Positions 8,132 to 17,789 of a DNA stretch of 64,000 nucleotides are shown here, in pieces; within the stretch, counting starts at the first letter, position 1, and each line of letters starts with the position of its first letter. The position numbers and the translations under genes are program-made. Origin of the DNA: Flammeovirgaceae bacterium (GTDB lineage Bacteria; Bacteroidota; Bacteroidia; Cytophagales; Cyclobacteriaceae); the NCBI GenBank assembly GCA_002691385.1, contig NZHT01000091.1, forward strand, positions 4,843 through 68,842. The letters are read 5' to 3'. Under the pieces are notes generated by a model. The model searched no databases. It had not been told where the DNA came from and worked only from the letters and a program-made list of their open reading frames with translations.

Positions 8132-10295
8132 TATCGTTGAAGAGTTTCCGAACCTCTTTATAAGAATTAACGCTGAACCTTGCTTCAGAAGCACTGGTGC
8201 CTACTTTGATGGTATAGGCCTCTTCCGGCATTGCTTTGAAAGTATCCTCATCCGTAAAATCATCTCCAAGTGTCAATAAAAAGTCAGCTTCAGGATAGAT
8301 TTCCATTAATTTTTGGGCAGCTTTTCCTTTATTGATTTCAGAGTTTTTGATTTCTACGATCATATCGCCTTCAAGGACTTCCAAGTTTTCATTGGCAGTC
8401 ATGTATTTTAAATGACTAGTAAGCTCCCGAGTTCGAACTTCTCCTAAACCCGTTTCTACTTTTCTATAATGCCAAACCAAAGAATAATCCTTTTCTTCAA
8501 CGAAGGAACCTGGCGTACGATTTACATATCTTTCTAAGAGCGACAGAGTTTCTTTTTTCCAACTGGCATTAATTTTTATAAAAGTTTTGAAGGGCTTACC
8601 CATCCTTTTAATCCAAACGCCATGTTCTGCTACAATATCTAATGAATAAGGTTTCATCCATTCTTCAAGGGATTGCCGGCCTCTACCCGAGATAATCACA
8701 ATGTGATTATTTTTGTCTTTTGTGAGGTAGTCCAAAATCTCTATGAGCTCTTGATCGGGTTTAGAGTCATCAGGATTTTCATTAAAACCAACCAGTGTGC
8801 CGTCATAATCCAAGAAAATCAATCGTTCTTCCGATTGTTTATAGGCATGCTTGATTTCTTCTGACAGTTGGTTATCAATCAATCTTGTTTTGAGATGACT
8901 TTGTTCTTTTTTTACATTTGCAAGTTCATCCATGAACAATTTAACCCAGGCATGTATGTTGTATCTTTTCAATGACTTCTGCATCGAGTTCATGCTTTCG
9001 ATTTGCAGTTCCTCCGGCATGGTTAATGCTTTATGCATGGCTTCAACCAATTGGTGAATATCATTGGGATTTACGATTATGGCATCAGAGAGCTCTTTGG
9101 AGGCACCGGCCATTTCACTTAAGATCAAGACTCCCTTTTTGTCTAATCTACTTGCTACATATTCTTTACACACTAAATTCATGCCATCCCGCATAGGAGA
9201 AACCAATGCGACGTCGGAAATCCTGTAAAATGCAGATAAAGCAGGCAAAGGAAAACTTCGGTAGAAATAATGAATAGGCGTCCAATTGAGCTTGGAGAAT
9301 TGACCGTTGATACGACCCACTAAAAGGTCTATTTCTTCTTTAAGTTGCTTGTATTTTGGAACAGAATCTCTTGAGGGAACCACTACCATAAAAAGAGAGA
9401 CTTTTTCTTTAAATTCAGGGTATTTGCTTAAGAAAAGCTCAAATGCCCTTAATCTTTGGGGGATACCTTTAGAGTAATCTAGTCGGTCAATTGATAAAAT
9501 GAGTTTTACATTACCAATTGATTCTCGATATCGTGCATCTCGGGCTAATGTTTCTGGATCTTGAGCAGAGGCAGCATACTTTTCATAATCGATACCCATG
9601 GGTAAGGCATCAGCTTTTATTACTCTGTTTTTGACTTTAATAGTGCCATTGGAGTTACCAAGTCCTGCTAGTCGATTAACAGACGATAGAAAATGTCTCA
9701 TGTCGTCATAGGTATGAAATCCCAAAAAATCAGAACCGAGCATACCATTGAGTAATTCCCTTCTCCACGGCAATAGCCTAAAGGACTCATAGGAGGGGAA
9801 CGGAATGTGAAGGAAAAATCCAATAGTAGCATTGGGATTGATGGCCCTGATCAGTTGAGGCAAAAGCAATAGTTGATAGTCATGTATCCACATGGTATCA
9901 TCATCCTCGAGTTCTTCTGAAAGGATTTCTGCAAATTTTTGATTGACACGCTGATAGGCGAGCCAAAGCTCTTCTTTGTAAACGGTATATTGATTAAAAT
10001 AATGGAAGTTTGGCCATAAGGTCTCGTTACTGAAGCCCTCGTAGAAATCTTCAATTTCTTCACTACTCAAAAAAACAGGTTTCATGTGCTGCTTGATGAG
10101 ATTAGAATGTACTTCTTGCTCTTGAGACTTTTCAATGGCCAACCCGGGCCATCCAACCCAAAGATTATTCCCCTGTTTAAAAACAGAATTCAAACCCGTT
10201 GCTAGGCCACCTTCACTTGCCTTGTATACAAGCTCATTTTTTTCCCGTTCTATTTTAACAGGAAGACGATTTGAAATAATGATTGTTTTACCCAT
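8118..10295 (-). CDS. Bifunctional trehalose-6-phosphate synthase (GT20) / trehalose-6-phosphate phosphatase (HAD) fusion
   Basis: 725 aa. The N-terminal OtsA-like part has IISNRLPV, GGLATGL, WVGWPG, HDYQLLLLP and SPMRDGMNLVCKEY. The C-terminal OtsB-like HAD part has LIFLDYDGTLV and GDDFTDED. Confidence 0.9.
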   Translation of the reverse strand: MGKTIIISNRLPVKIEREKNELVYKASEGGLATGLNSVFKQGNNLWVGWPGLAIEKSQEQEVHSNLIKQHMKPVFLSSEEIEDFYEGFSNETLWPNFHYFNQYTVYKEELWLAYQRVNQKFAEILSEELEDDDTMWIHDYQLLLLPQLIRAINPNATIGFFLHIPFPSYESFRLLPWRRELLNGMLGSDFLGFHTYDDMRHFLSSVNRLAGLGNSNGTIKVKNRVIKADALPMGIDYEKYAASAQDPETLARDARYRESIGNVKLILSIDRLDYSKGIPQRLRAFELFLSKYPEFKEKVSLFMVVVPSRDSVPKYKQLKEEIDLLVGRINGQFSKLNWTPIHYFYRSFPLPALSAFYRISDVALVSPMRDGMNLVCKEYVASRLDKKGVLILSEMAGASKELSDAIIVNPNDIHQLVEAMHKALTMPEELQIESMNSMQKSLKRYNIHAWVKLFMDELANVKKEQSHLKTRLIDNQLSEEIKHAYKQSEERLIFLDYDGTLVGFNENPDDSKPDQELIEILDYLTKDKNNHIVIISGRGRQSLEEWMKPYSLDIVAEHGVWIKRMGKPFKTFIKINASWKKETLSLLERYVNRTPGSFVEEKDYSLVWHYRKVETGLGEVRTRELTSHLKYMTANENLEVLEGDMIVEIKNSEINKGKAAQKLMEIYPEADFLLTLGDDFTDEDTFKAMPEEAYTIKVGTSASEARFSVNSYKEVRKLFNDIIKS

Positions 10296-10345
10296 GATGT
10301 GAAATCTTTATAATCGGGAGTGCCCAGGGGTGTGACATTCCCTTA

Positions 10346-11146
10346 TTATTTATTGAAGCTATTTAATCTTAATTGAGTTAATTTTTTTTTCGTATCCAGA
10401 GGGAAATCACCCTTCATCATCCAATCATAAAATGAAGGTTCCTTTTGCAAAACTTCACTAACCAATTTTCCTTTATGCTTTCCAAAATTAAAGACTTCTT
10501 TTCCTTGATCATTGAATACAATTCGTCCAGCTAAGTCTACCATTTTTTTATTCAAGATCAGATGTAAGGAATTCATGTCATTTTCTATGACACCTAAAAC
10601 TTCACCTTTCAGATTAGATAGTGTTTGCTGATTGTATTTATCAATTTGACTCACAAAAACAGCCATAGTTGCTTTAGCATCGGTTAGAGCACTGTGAGCA
10701 TTCTCTAATACTTTTCCTGTATAGAACTTGTAAGCAGCACTTAAATTTCGTTTTTCCATTAAATGGAAAATTTTTTGAGCATCCAACAAATTTCTTTTGT
10801 CGGTATTGAAATCTATTCCTACTCTGGCAAATTCTTGCGCTAACAAGGGGATATCAAAGTTTAAAATATTAAAGCCACAGAGATCGCAATTCTCTAAAAA
10901 ATTAGACATGGATTTGGCAACTTGATTGAATGAGGGAGCATCTTTTACATCTTTGTCATATATACCATGTACTAAACTGGATTCTAATGGAATAGGGATG
11001 CCAGGGTTGATGCGCCGGCACTTTTCTTCTTTTTCCCCATTAGGAAAAATCTTAATTAAGGCGATTTCTACAATTCGATCTTTTGAGGTATTGGTTCCGG
11101 TAGTTTCAAGATCGAACACGACTAGTGGATCTTTTAAATTTATCAT
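10346..11146 (-). CDS. DEDDh 3'-5' exonuclease (DnaQ/epsilon-like) with a DUF3820-like C-terminal extension
   Basis: 266 aa with Exo I (VVFDLETTG), Exo II (GFNILNFDIPLL) and Exo III (HSALTDA). The C-terminal FGKHKGKLVSEVLQKEPSFYDWMM resembles the DUF3820 motif. Confidence 0.8.
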   Translation of the reverse strand: MINLKDPLVVFDLETTGTNTSKDRIVEIALIKIFPNGEKEEKCRRINPGIPIPLESSLVHGIYDKDVKDAPSFNQVAKSMSNFLENCDLCGFNILNFDIPLLAQEFARVGIDFNTDKRNLLDAQKIFHLMEKRNLSAAYKFYTGKVLENAHSALTDAKATMAVFVSQIDKYNQQTLSNLKGEVLGVIENDMNSLHLILNKKMVDLAGRIVFNDQGKEVFNFGKHKGKLVSEVLQKEPSFYDWMMKGDFPLDTKKKLTQLRLNSFNK

Positions 11147-11749
11147 TTATTTTTTGTCCTTATAAGTGGTAAAAGCTCCCATGATTTGGTCACTGGGTAT
11201 CGATATTTTTTGCAATAGGGCTTTGGCTGCTCCAGCGTGGGATAAGAAATTTTTGTTTTTTGTCAATATATTCAGATTACCTTCTAGTCTAAATCCACCG
11301 TCTATTTTTGTTCCTAAGAGAGATTCATATTCAACTAAGCTCACACCCTCGCGTTGCTTTTCACTGATTACAACGGCTAAGTTATCTTCTTTGTTGTAAA
11401 GTAAAGTGCCACTTTTTGGCGTTAAATCAGCGAAGAGTTCATATTTCTCAATAAATTGTTCAACGGCGTGATCATTTTTTGATTTTTCATCCTCTACGTG
11501 ATGAATGAGGGCAATATGGTGATTGAATTTTAAAAATTCTTCGAATTTAATTTCATCTAAATTACTAAAGTCGCAGGGCGTAATGACAATAGCAGCATCT
11601 CCAATTTGATAATCATTTGAAGATAAGATAAAATCATGCGATTTCCCCACATTGCTCAAGACATGCAAGACAATTTTAGTAATTTCATAGGCTCCTTCGT
11701 TTCCGATGATTGCAATTCTTTGTTTATCCTTAATAGACGCAATATTCAT
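11147..11749 (-). CDS. Hypothetical protein, degenerate Mur-ligase-like (often annotated as peptidoglycan synthetase in flavobacteria)
   Basis: 200 aa. The N-terminal IAIIGNEG resembles a Rossmann-like Mur ligase N-terminus and HAGAAKALLQKISIPSDQIMGAFTTY resembles the end of the Mur central domain. No GxxGKT P-loop is present. The stop directly abuts the exonuclease start. Confidence 0.35.
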   Translation of the reverse strand: MNIASIKDKQRIAIIGNEGAYEITKIVLHVLSNVGKSHDFILSSNDYQIGDAAIVITPCDFSNLDEIKFEEFLKFNHHIALIHHVEDEKSKNDHAVEQFIEKYELFADLTPKSGTLLYNKEDNLAVVISEKQREGVSLVEYESLLGTKIDGGFRLEGNLNILTKNKNFLSHAGAAKALLQKISIPSDQIMGAFTTYKDKK

Positions 11750-11927
11750 TTGTTTATTTGGTCATTTGTATTCAAAAGTAATTAAAAATACCTAGAGATA
11801 ATTTAATTCACTAGGGTATAAAATTGTGGATAATATGTGCAAACTAAATTTAACATTAAAGAGGAGTTGTTAACTTGAAATGTTACGTTTGCTATTAAGT
11901 TTTAAACTTATACAATACGATCATTAA

Positions 11928-13475
11928 ATGGACCAATTAGCTTCTTCATCACGTAAAATTTCGGGAAATTCACGTAGAAAATCAGTTATTGACACTACGG
12001 AGTCATTAGGGAAGTTACCGCCACAAGCAGTTGATATTGAAGAAGTTGTATTAGGCGCACTCATGCTTGAGCAACATGCTTTGTCGAGTGTTATAGATAT
12101 TTTAAAAGCAGAGAGTTTTTATAAAGAATCCCATCAAAATATTTACGAAGCAATTGTCCAACTCTTTAATAACAGCGATCCGGTGGATATTAAAACGGTT
12201 GTCCATCAATTGCGAAAAAATGGAAAGTTAGAACTCGTGGGCGGGTCTTATTATATCGCTGATTTGACAACGCGAGTGAATTCGGCCGCTAATATAGAGT
12301 ACCATGCCCGAATTATTTCCGAGCAATCTATCAAAAGACAGTTGATTCGGATTTCATCAGAACTCGTGACCGATGCTTATGAAGATACGACTGATGTTTT
12401 TCAGTTATTGGATCGAACTGAGCAAGCACTTTTCCAAGTTTCAGAATCTCACATCAGAAAGAATTATGATAAGATGAGTTCTTTGCTTACCACCGCCATT
12501 AATCAAATAGAGGAGAGAAAAAACCAAAAAGATGGCCTCACAGGGGTAGCTAGCGGGTTTACTGCATTGGATCGTATCACCTCAGGGTGGCAACCTTCTG
12601 ATTTGGTTATTATTGCCGCAAGGCCAGGTATGGGTAAAACAGCTTTTGTCGTTTCAGCGATGCGCAATGCAGCTGTGGATCATGGGCAAGGAGTAGCCAT
12701 ATTTTCCTTAGAAATGTCATCTGTGCAATTGGTTAATAGATTGATTTCGGCTGAAGCAGAACTTGAAAGTGAAAAATTAAAAAGAGGGGAAATGGCCGAT
12801 TATGAGTGGGAGCAATTGCTTCATAAAACTTCGAAACTTTCCGAAGCTCCAATATTTATTGATGATACACCAGGTTTGAGCATTTTAGAATTAAGAGCCA
12901 AGGCTAGAAGATTGGCACAGCAGCACGATATCAAACTTTTGATTATAGATTATTTGCAGCTTATGTCGGGAGGAGATACCAATAAGAACTCAGGTGGAAA
13001 TAGAGAACAAGAAATTGCCTCTATTTCTCGAGCGTTGAAGGGGATTGCAAAGGAATTGAATATTCCAGTGATTGCTTTGTCCCAATTAAGTAGAGCGGTT
13101 GAAACACGTGGGGGAGATAAAAAACCCCAATTGTCAGATTTAAGAGAATCGGGTTCTATTGAGCAAGATGCTGATATGGTGATGTTCTTGTATCGTCCGG
13201 AATATTATGGTATTACTCAGGGGGAAGATGGTGCCCCACTTAATGGCAACGCTGAGGTCATTATCGCCAAACATAGAAATGGAAAATTAGATACTGTGCA
13301 ACTCAAGTTTATCGGTAGATTTACTAAGTTTGCTGATTTAGACATAATGCCAAATGAATCTTATGGTTCTTCTTTTCCTAGTAGTGGTAATGCTGATAGC
13401 GGTTACACCATTACTATGCCGAGCAAAGGAGCTCAAGATACTTCCGCACCCAGTGATGATACTATGCCCTTTTAA
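11928..13475 (+). CDS. dnaB: Replicative DNA helicase DnaB
   Basis: 515 aa with Walker A (ARPGMGKTAF), FSLEMS, Walker B (LLIIDYLQLM) and SQLSRAVE...LSDLRESGSIEQDAD. Confidence 0.95.
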   Translation: MDQLASSSRKISGNSRRKSVIDTTESLGKLPPQAVDIEEVVLGALMLEQHALSSVIDILKAESFYKESHQNIYEAIVQLFNNSDPVDIKTVVHQLRKNGKLELVGGSYYIADLTTRVNSAANIEYHARIISEQSIKRQLIRISSELVTDAYEDTTDVFQLLDRTEQALFQVSESHIRKNYDKMSSLLTTAINQIEERKNQKDGLTGVASGFTALDRITSGWQPSDLVIIAARPGMGKTAFVVSAMRNAAVDHGQGVAIFSLEMSSVQLVNRLISAEAELESEKLKRGEMADYEWEQLLHKTSKLSEAPIFIDDTPGLSILELRAKARRLAQQHDIKLLIIDYLQLMSGGDTNKNSGGNREQEIASISRALKGIAKELNIPVIALSQLSRAVETRGGDKKPQLSDLRESGSIEQDADMVMFLYRPEYYGITQGEDGAPLNGNAEVIIAKHRNGKLDTVQLKFIGRFTKFADLDIMPNESYGSSFPSSGNADSGYTITMPSKGAQDTSAPSDDTMPF

Positions 13476-13495
13476 AAAGAGGCATAATTATTCAA

Positions 13496-13822
13496 TTAAT
13501 TTTCATGTTCGAGTTCAAAGTTTTTAAATGCATTTTTTATTTCTTCTAAGGCTTTAATTTCTTTAGATAGTTCTGTTTTCTTAATTCCTAACTCGTAGGT
13601 AGCTCTGGCTTCTTTTACATAACCACAATCTGCAAAAAGCTTGGCAGCTTGATAATAAGTGGGTAGGTAATCAGGAAATTCATTCAATAGTTTTCTGAAA
13701 CTGGCCAAGCAGAATTCATTATTCTTCCCTAAAAATTCAAGAGTCATGGCATAAATTAAGAAGGGGTCTAAAGGGTTTTTTTCAAGTAATTTTTGAAGTT
13801 TTTTTACACGTTTAATATTCAT
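13496..13822 (-). CDS. Small tetratricopeptide-repeat protein
   Basis: 108 aa helical protein with TPR-like A/Y/L spacing (YYQAAKLFADCGYVKEARATYELGI). Confidence 0.5.
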   Translation of the reverse strand: MNIKRVKKLQKLLEKNPLDPFLIYAMTLEFLGKNNEFCLASFRKLLNEFPDYLPTYYQAAKLFADCGYVKEARATYELGIKKTELSKEIKALEEIKNAFKNFELEHEN

Positions 13823-13866
13823 GTTTTGTTTTTTACATTCTTTTAATAATGATTAACTTTACTATC

Positions 13867-13899
13867 AAATTTAGAATCCAAATTTAGAATCCAAATTTA
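13867..13899. repeat. 13-bp tandem direct repeat (AAATTTAGAATCC x2 plus a partial AAATTTA) 10 nt upstream of the etfB ATG
   Basis: Read directly: units at 13867-13879 and 13880-13892 are identical, and a partial third copy spans 13893-13899. Confidence 0.9.
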
Positions 13900-13908
13900 A
13901 TTTTAAGC

Positions 13909-14646
13909 ATGAAAATTCTTGTATGTATAACTCATGTACCAGATACCACATCAAAAATCTCTTTTGTAGACGAAGATACACTATTTGACAAAACAGGAGT
14001 TCAGTTTATCATTGGACCTTATGATGATTATGCCTTGGCCAGAGCAGTCGAATTGAAAGAGCAGCTAGGGGGAAGTATTACGGCATTAAATGTCGGATTA
14101 GTAGAAACTGAGCCAACGATTAGAAAGGCATTAGCCATTGGAGCAGATGAGGCCATTCGTATTGATGCAGAACCTAAAGATACTTTTTTTGTCGCCTATC
14201 AAATTGCTCAAGTGGTTAAAGGAGGAGATTATGATTTAATCCTTATGGGAAGAGAGTCGATTGACTTCAATGGAGGACAAGTTCATGGAATGGTTGGAGA
14301 GCTTTTAGGAATTCCCTCAGTCTCTCCTGTGATGCATTTGGATGTAGAGGGAAATATTGCCAAACTATCTAGAGAGATTGAAGGGGGGAAAGAATTGTTG
14401 GAAGTGGATCTGCCAATTGTAGCAGGTTGTCAGGAGCCGATATCAGAATGGAAAATACCTAATATGAGAGGTATTATGTCTGCTAGATCAAAGCCCCTCA
14501 AGGTCCTAGAACCATTTGGGGATAAGCAGAAAACGGTTGTTGAAAATTTCATAATGCCAGCGGCAAAAAGGGGTGTAAAAATGATCGATGCCGATAATGT
14601 CGATGAGTTGGTAAATTTATTAAAAAATGAAGCAAAAGTGTTATAG
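13909..14646 (+). CDS. etfB: Electron transfer flavoprotein beta subunit
   Basis: 245 aa starting MKILVCI..VPDT, with NPYDDYALA-like IGPYDDYALARAVELKE. It is immediately followed by etfA. Confidence 0.9.
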   Translation: MKILVCITHVPDTTSKISFVDEDTLFDKTGVQFIIGPYDDYALARAVELKEQLGGSITALNVGLVETEPTIRKALAIGADEAIRIDAEPKDTFFVAYQIAQVVKGGDYDLILMGRESIDFNGGQVHGMVGELLGIPSVSPVMHLDVEGNIAKLSREIEGGKELLEVDLPIVAGCQEPISEWKIPNMRGIMSARSKPLKVLEPFGDKQKTVVENFIMPAAKRGVKMIDADNVDELVNLLKNEAKVL

Positions 14647-15603
14647 ATGAAAGTATTGGTATTTTTAGAATCAGATGAGGGTAGAATAAAAAAGTCTTCC
14701 CTTGAGGCAACAAGTTATGCAGCTGAAATAGCAAGAGAAACTGTCGCTATGGTGTTTGGTGAACTCGACTTATCGGAGCTGAATAAGGTAGGGTCCGCTG
14801 GAGCTAAAAAAATTTTACATGTGACAGATTCAAATTTTGATCAATCAAACATCATGGCAGTATCCACAGCTATTGCGCAAGTATTTGAAATAGAAAATTT
14901 TGAATTGATGGTGATGGCCAAGTCTTCATTGGCAGATTCAGTATCTGCTCGTGTATCTATCAAGGTGGATGCTTCAGTGGCGAGTAATGTTACAAATTTA
15001 CCCGATATGGCCAACGGATTTACGGTAATTCGAAGTATTTACACAGGGAAAGCTTTCGCTAGAACCAAATTAACCAGTAAGAAGAAAATTCTTACCATAC
15101 GTAAAAATACAGTTCCTATTCTAGAGAATGGATCTGATCCAGAAGTGGAGTTGTTTCAACCTAATTTAAAGAGCTCAGATACGGCTGTTAAGGTATTATC
15201 TCAAGAAAAATCTAGTGGTGATATTCTTCTTCCTGAAGCCGATATTGTAGTTTCTGGTGGAAGAGGTCTTAAGGGTCCTGAAAATTGGGGGATGGTTGAA
15301 GACTTGGCAGGAGCCCTTTCTGCAGCAACTGGGTGTAGTAAACCCGTTTCAGATATGGATTGGCGTCCCCATCATGAGCATGTAGGTCAGACTGGTGTAA
15401 AGGTTTCACCGGTCCTATATGTAGCGGTGGGTATATCAGGAGCTATTCAGCATCTTGCAGGAGTAAATTCTTCTAAATTTATTTTAGTGATTAATAAAGA
15501 TCCTGAGGCACCCTTTTTCAAAGCAGCTGACTATGGTATTGTTGGAGATGCTTTTGATGTACTTCCTAAATTAACCAAGGCCATCAATGCGGCCCAAGGA
15601 TAA
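14647..15603 (+). CDS. etfA: Electron transfer flavoprotein alpha subunit
   Basis: 318 aa with the FAD-binding C-terminus VVSGGRG..., GQTG..V.P.LY.A.GISGAIQHLAG and INKD..AP.F..ADYGIVGD. Confidence 0.9.
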   Translation: MKVLVFLESDEGRIKKSSLEATSYAAEIARETVAMVFGELDLSELNKVGSAGAKKILHVTDSNFDQSNIMAVSTAIAQVFEIENFELMVMAKSSLADSVSARVSIKVDASVASNVTNLPDMANGFTVIRSIYTGKAFARTKLTSKKKILTIRKNTVPILENGSDPEVELFQPNLKSSDTAVKVLSQEKSSGDILLPEADIVVSGGRGLKGPENWGMVEDLAGALSAATGCSKPVSDMDWRPHHEHVGQTGVKVSPVLYVAVGISGAIQHLAGVNSSKFILVINKDPEAPFFKAADYGIVGDAFDVLPKLTKAINAAQG

Positions 15604-16208
15604 TGCCAGATAAAGTTAAAATGGAAATTTTAGGCCTTTCAACAGGTCAGGCGCAGTCAGGTTCCTTTGCCCTTGTATTGGGAGAGTATGGCGGAAAACG
15701 AAGGCTCCCAATCATCATAGGTATGTTTGAAGCCCAATCCATAGCGATTGAAATAGAAAGTATTGTTCCTAATCGTCCTATGACCCACGATTTATTTAAG
15801 TCATTTGCCCATCATTTTGATTTTCAAGTGAAAGAAATTTTGATTTCAGATCTTAAGGAAGGTGTGTTCTTTGCAAAATTGGTCTGTGATAAAGAAGGGA
15901 AATCAGTTGAAATAGATTCACGTCCCTCGGACGCGATTGCGATTGGTTTACGATTCGGTATAGATATTTTTACTACGGATGAGATATTAAATGAAGCCTC
16001 AGTAGTGATTAGTGAGCAGGGAGATGAGAAAGATATGGATCTTATGAAAAAAACAAAAGATTCCGATGAAGAATTGAAAAACAAAACATCATCTAAATTG
16101 GAAAATTTTTCATCTGAAAAACTTAATGATTTGTTAGATAAAGCACTTGAAGATGAGGATTATGAGCGTGCCGCGACATTAAGAGATGAGTTAAATCGTA
16201 GAAATTAG
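15603..16208 (+). CDS. Bifunctional nuclease family protein (DUF151) with a C-terminal UVR motif
   Basis: 201 aa. RLPIIIG..EAQSIA...RPMTHDL and DSRPSDAIAIGLRF are typical of DUF151. The tail ALEDEDYERAATLRDEL is UVR-like. The start overlaps the etfA stop (TAATG). Confidence 0.75.
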   Translation: MPDKVKMEILGLSTGQAQSGSFALVLGEYGGKRRLPIIIGMFEAQSIAIEIESIVPNRPMTHDLFKSFAHHFDFQVKEILISDLKEGVFFAKLVCDKEGKSVEIDSRPSDAIAIGLRFGIDIFTTDEILNEASVVISEQGDEKDMDLMKKTKDSDEELKNKTSSKLENFSSEKLNDLLDKALEDEDYERAATLRDELNRRN

Positions 16209-16212
16209 GCTG

Positions 16213-17523
16213 ATGAATCTATTTAGGGGAGCCATAGGACTTTGTTTCATTATAGTCTTTGCCTATGCCTATTCAGCAGATCGAAAAAACATCAATTGGA
16301 GATTGGTGACTTCCGGTATATTCATTCAATTGGTGATCGGGATATTGATCGCCAAAGTGGCTATAATAGGCAGTTTGTTTGGTTTTATTAGTGATAAATT
16401 CGTTCATTTTTTAAACTTCGCGCTTGGAGGTGCTGAATTTTTGTTTGGTGATCTGGCTAAAAATAGTGATCAAATATCAGGTACGAGGCATAGTTTGGGA
16501 TTTTTGTTTGCCTTCCAAGCACTTCCAATTATTATTTTCTTTTCTTCGGTCACGGCAGGCCTTTATTATCTAGGAATTCTTCAGAAAATTGTCTGGGCTT
16601 TTGCATGGCTAATGTCAAAAACGATGCGACTCTCTGGAGCCGAAAGTGTTTCTATGGCGGGTAATATTTTTTTGGGACAGACTGAAGCACCTTTGTTGGT
16701 AAGGCCTTTCATATCTAAGATGACCTCTTCTGAATTGAATTGTTTGATGACTGGAGGTATGGCCACTCTTGCAGGGAGTGTTTTAAGTGCTTATGTTGTT
16801 TTTTTGGGCGGGGCAGATCCTGAATCGCAGACTCTTTTTGCAACTTATTTGGTAAGTGCTTCAGTGATGAATGCGCCAGCGGCTATTGTCATGTCAAAAA
16901 TGTTTCTACCTGAAGCTACTCCTGAGAAGATTGATCAGAGTATTAAAGTGAACAAACAAGAATTGGGAGTTAATTTTATAGATGCCTTGTCCAAAGGTGC
17001 AACTGATGGAGTGAAGCTTGTATTGAATATTGGAGGTATGCTTTTGGCGTTTATTGCAATCATCTTGGCTATAAATTGGGTTTTGATGGATGGTATTGGA
17101 TCGGTGACGGGATTGAATGCCTATATTATTAGTTCTACAAAAGGAACATTTGAAGGATTTTCATTGCAGTATATTTTAGGTCAGATTTTTAGATTTTTTG
17201 CTTTCGTAATTGGAATCAGTTGGAGTGAATCGCTTTTAGTTGGAAGTTTACTAGGGCAGAAATTTGTTATTAATGAATTCGTGGGATATCTCAGTTTAGC
17301 AGAAATGAAGGCGTCTGGCGCTCTCAGTGAGCGTGCTATTATGATTTCGACCTATGCCTTGTGTGGATTTGCCAATCTTAGTAGTATTGGGATTCAAATT
17401 GGAGGGATCGGAGTGATGGCACCAGAGCGGAGAGGAGATTTATCTTTGTTGGGATTCAGAGCATTAATAGGGGCTTCTTTAGCTACCTTAATGACGGCAG
17501 CTATCGCAGGTGCTATTTTTTAA
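16213..17523 (+). CDS. Concentrative nucleoside transporter (NupC/CNT family)
   Basis: 436 aa polytopic protein with GNIFLGQTEAPLLVRPF, MTGGMATLAGSVL and CGFANLSSIGIQIGG. Confidence 0.85.
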   Translation: MNLFRGAIGLCFIIVFAYAYSADRKNINWRLVTSGIFIQLVIGILIAKVAIIGSLFGFISDKFVHFLNFALGGAEFLFGDLAKNSDQISGTRHSLGFLFAFQALPIIIFFSSVTAGLYYLGILQKIVWAFAWLMSKTMRLSGAESVSMAGNIFLGQTEAPLLVRPFISKMTSSELNCLMTGGMATLAGSVLSAYVVFLGGADPESQTLFATYLVSASVMNAPAAIVMSKMFLPEATPEKIDQSIKVNKQELGVNFIDALSKGATDGVKLVLNIGGMLLAFIAIILAINWVLMDGIGSVTGLNAYIISSTKGTFEGFSLQYILGQIFRFFAFVIGISWSESLLVGSLLGQKFVINEFVGYLSLAEMKASGALSERAIMISTYALCGFANLSSIGIQIGGIGVMAPERRGDLSLLGFRALIGASLATLMTAAIAGAIF

Positions 17524-17789
17524 TTTTTCTCCAAATCACTTGATCATATTTTGTTAAACAACAGGGTGTTATTTATTGAAAAAGTCATCAAAAAATGTTA
17601 GAAATTTTTAAGAATATATAATATTATGAAAAGTTTAACTAACATACGTTACATGTAAACTTTAAAAAGAAATTATAGATAGCTCTTTTTCGGATAGGAG
17701 TGGATGTCAAAATATTTTTTAGTATTTTACGAAATAAACTCAGGGTATCCTGATGTTTGGAAATCGAATAATATAACGAGTATATCTCT

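Noticed and set aside
15600-15604. TAATG coupling of etfA to a DUF151 bifunctional nuclease gene and the downstream nucleoside transporter, considered as an unusual operon
   Set aside because: It is plausibly just compact housekeeping gene packing, and I believe similar neighbourhoods are common in Bacteroidota. Nothing in the sequence itself indicates a novel system.
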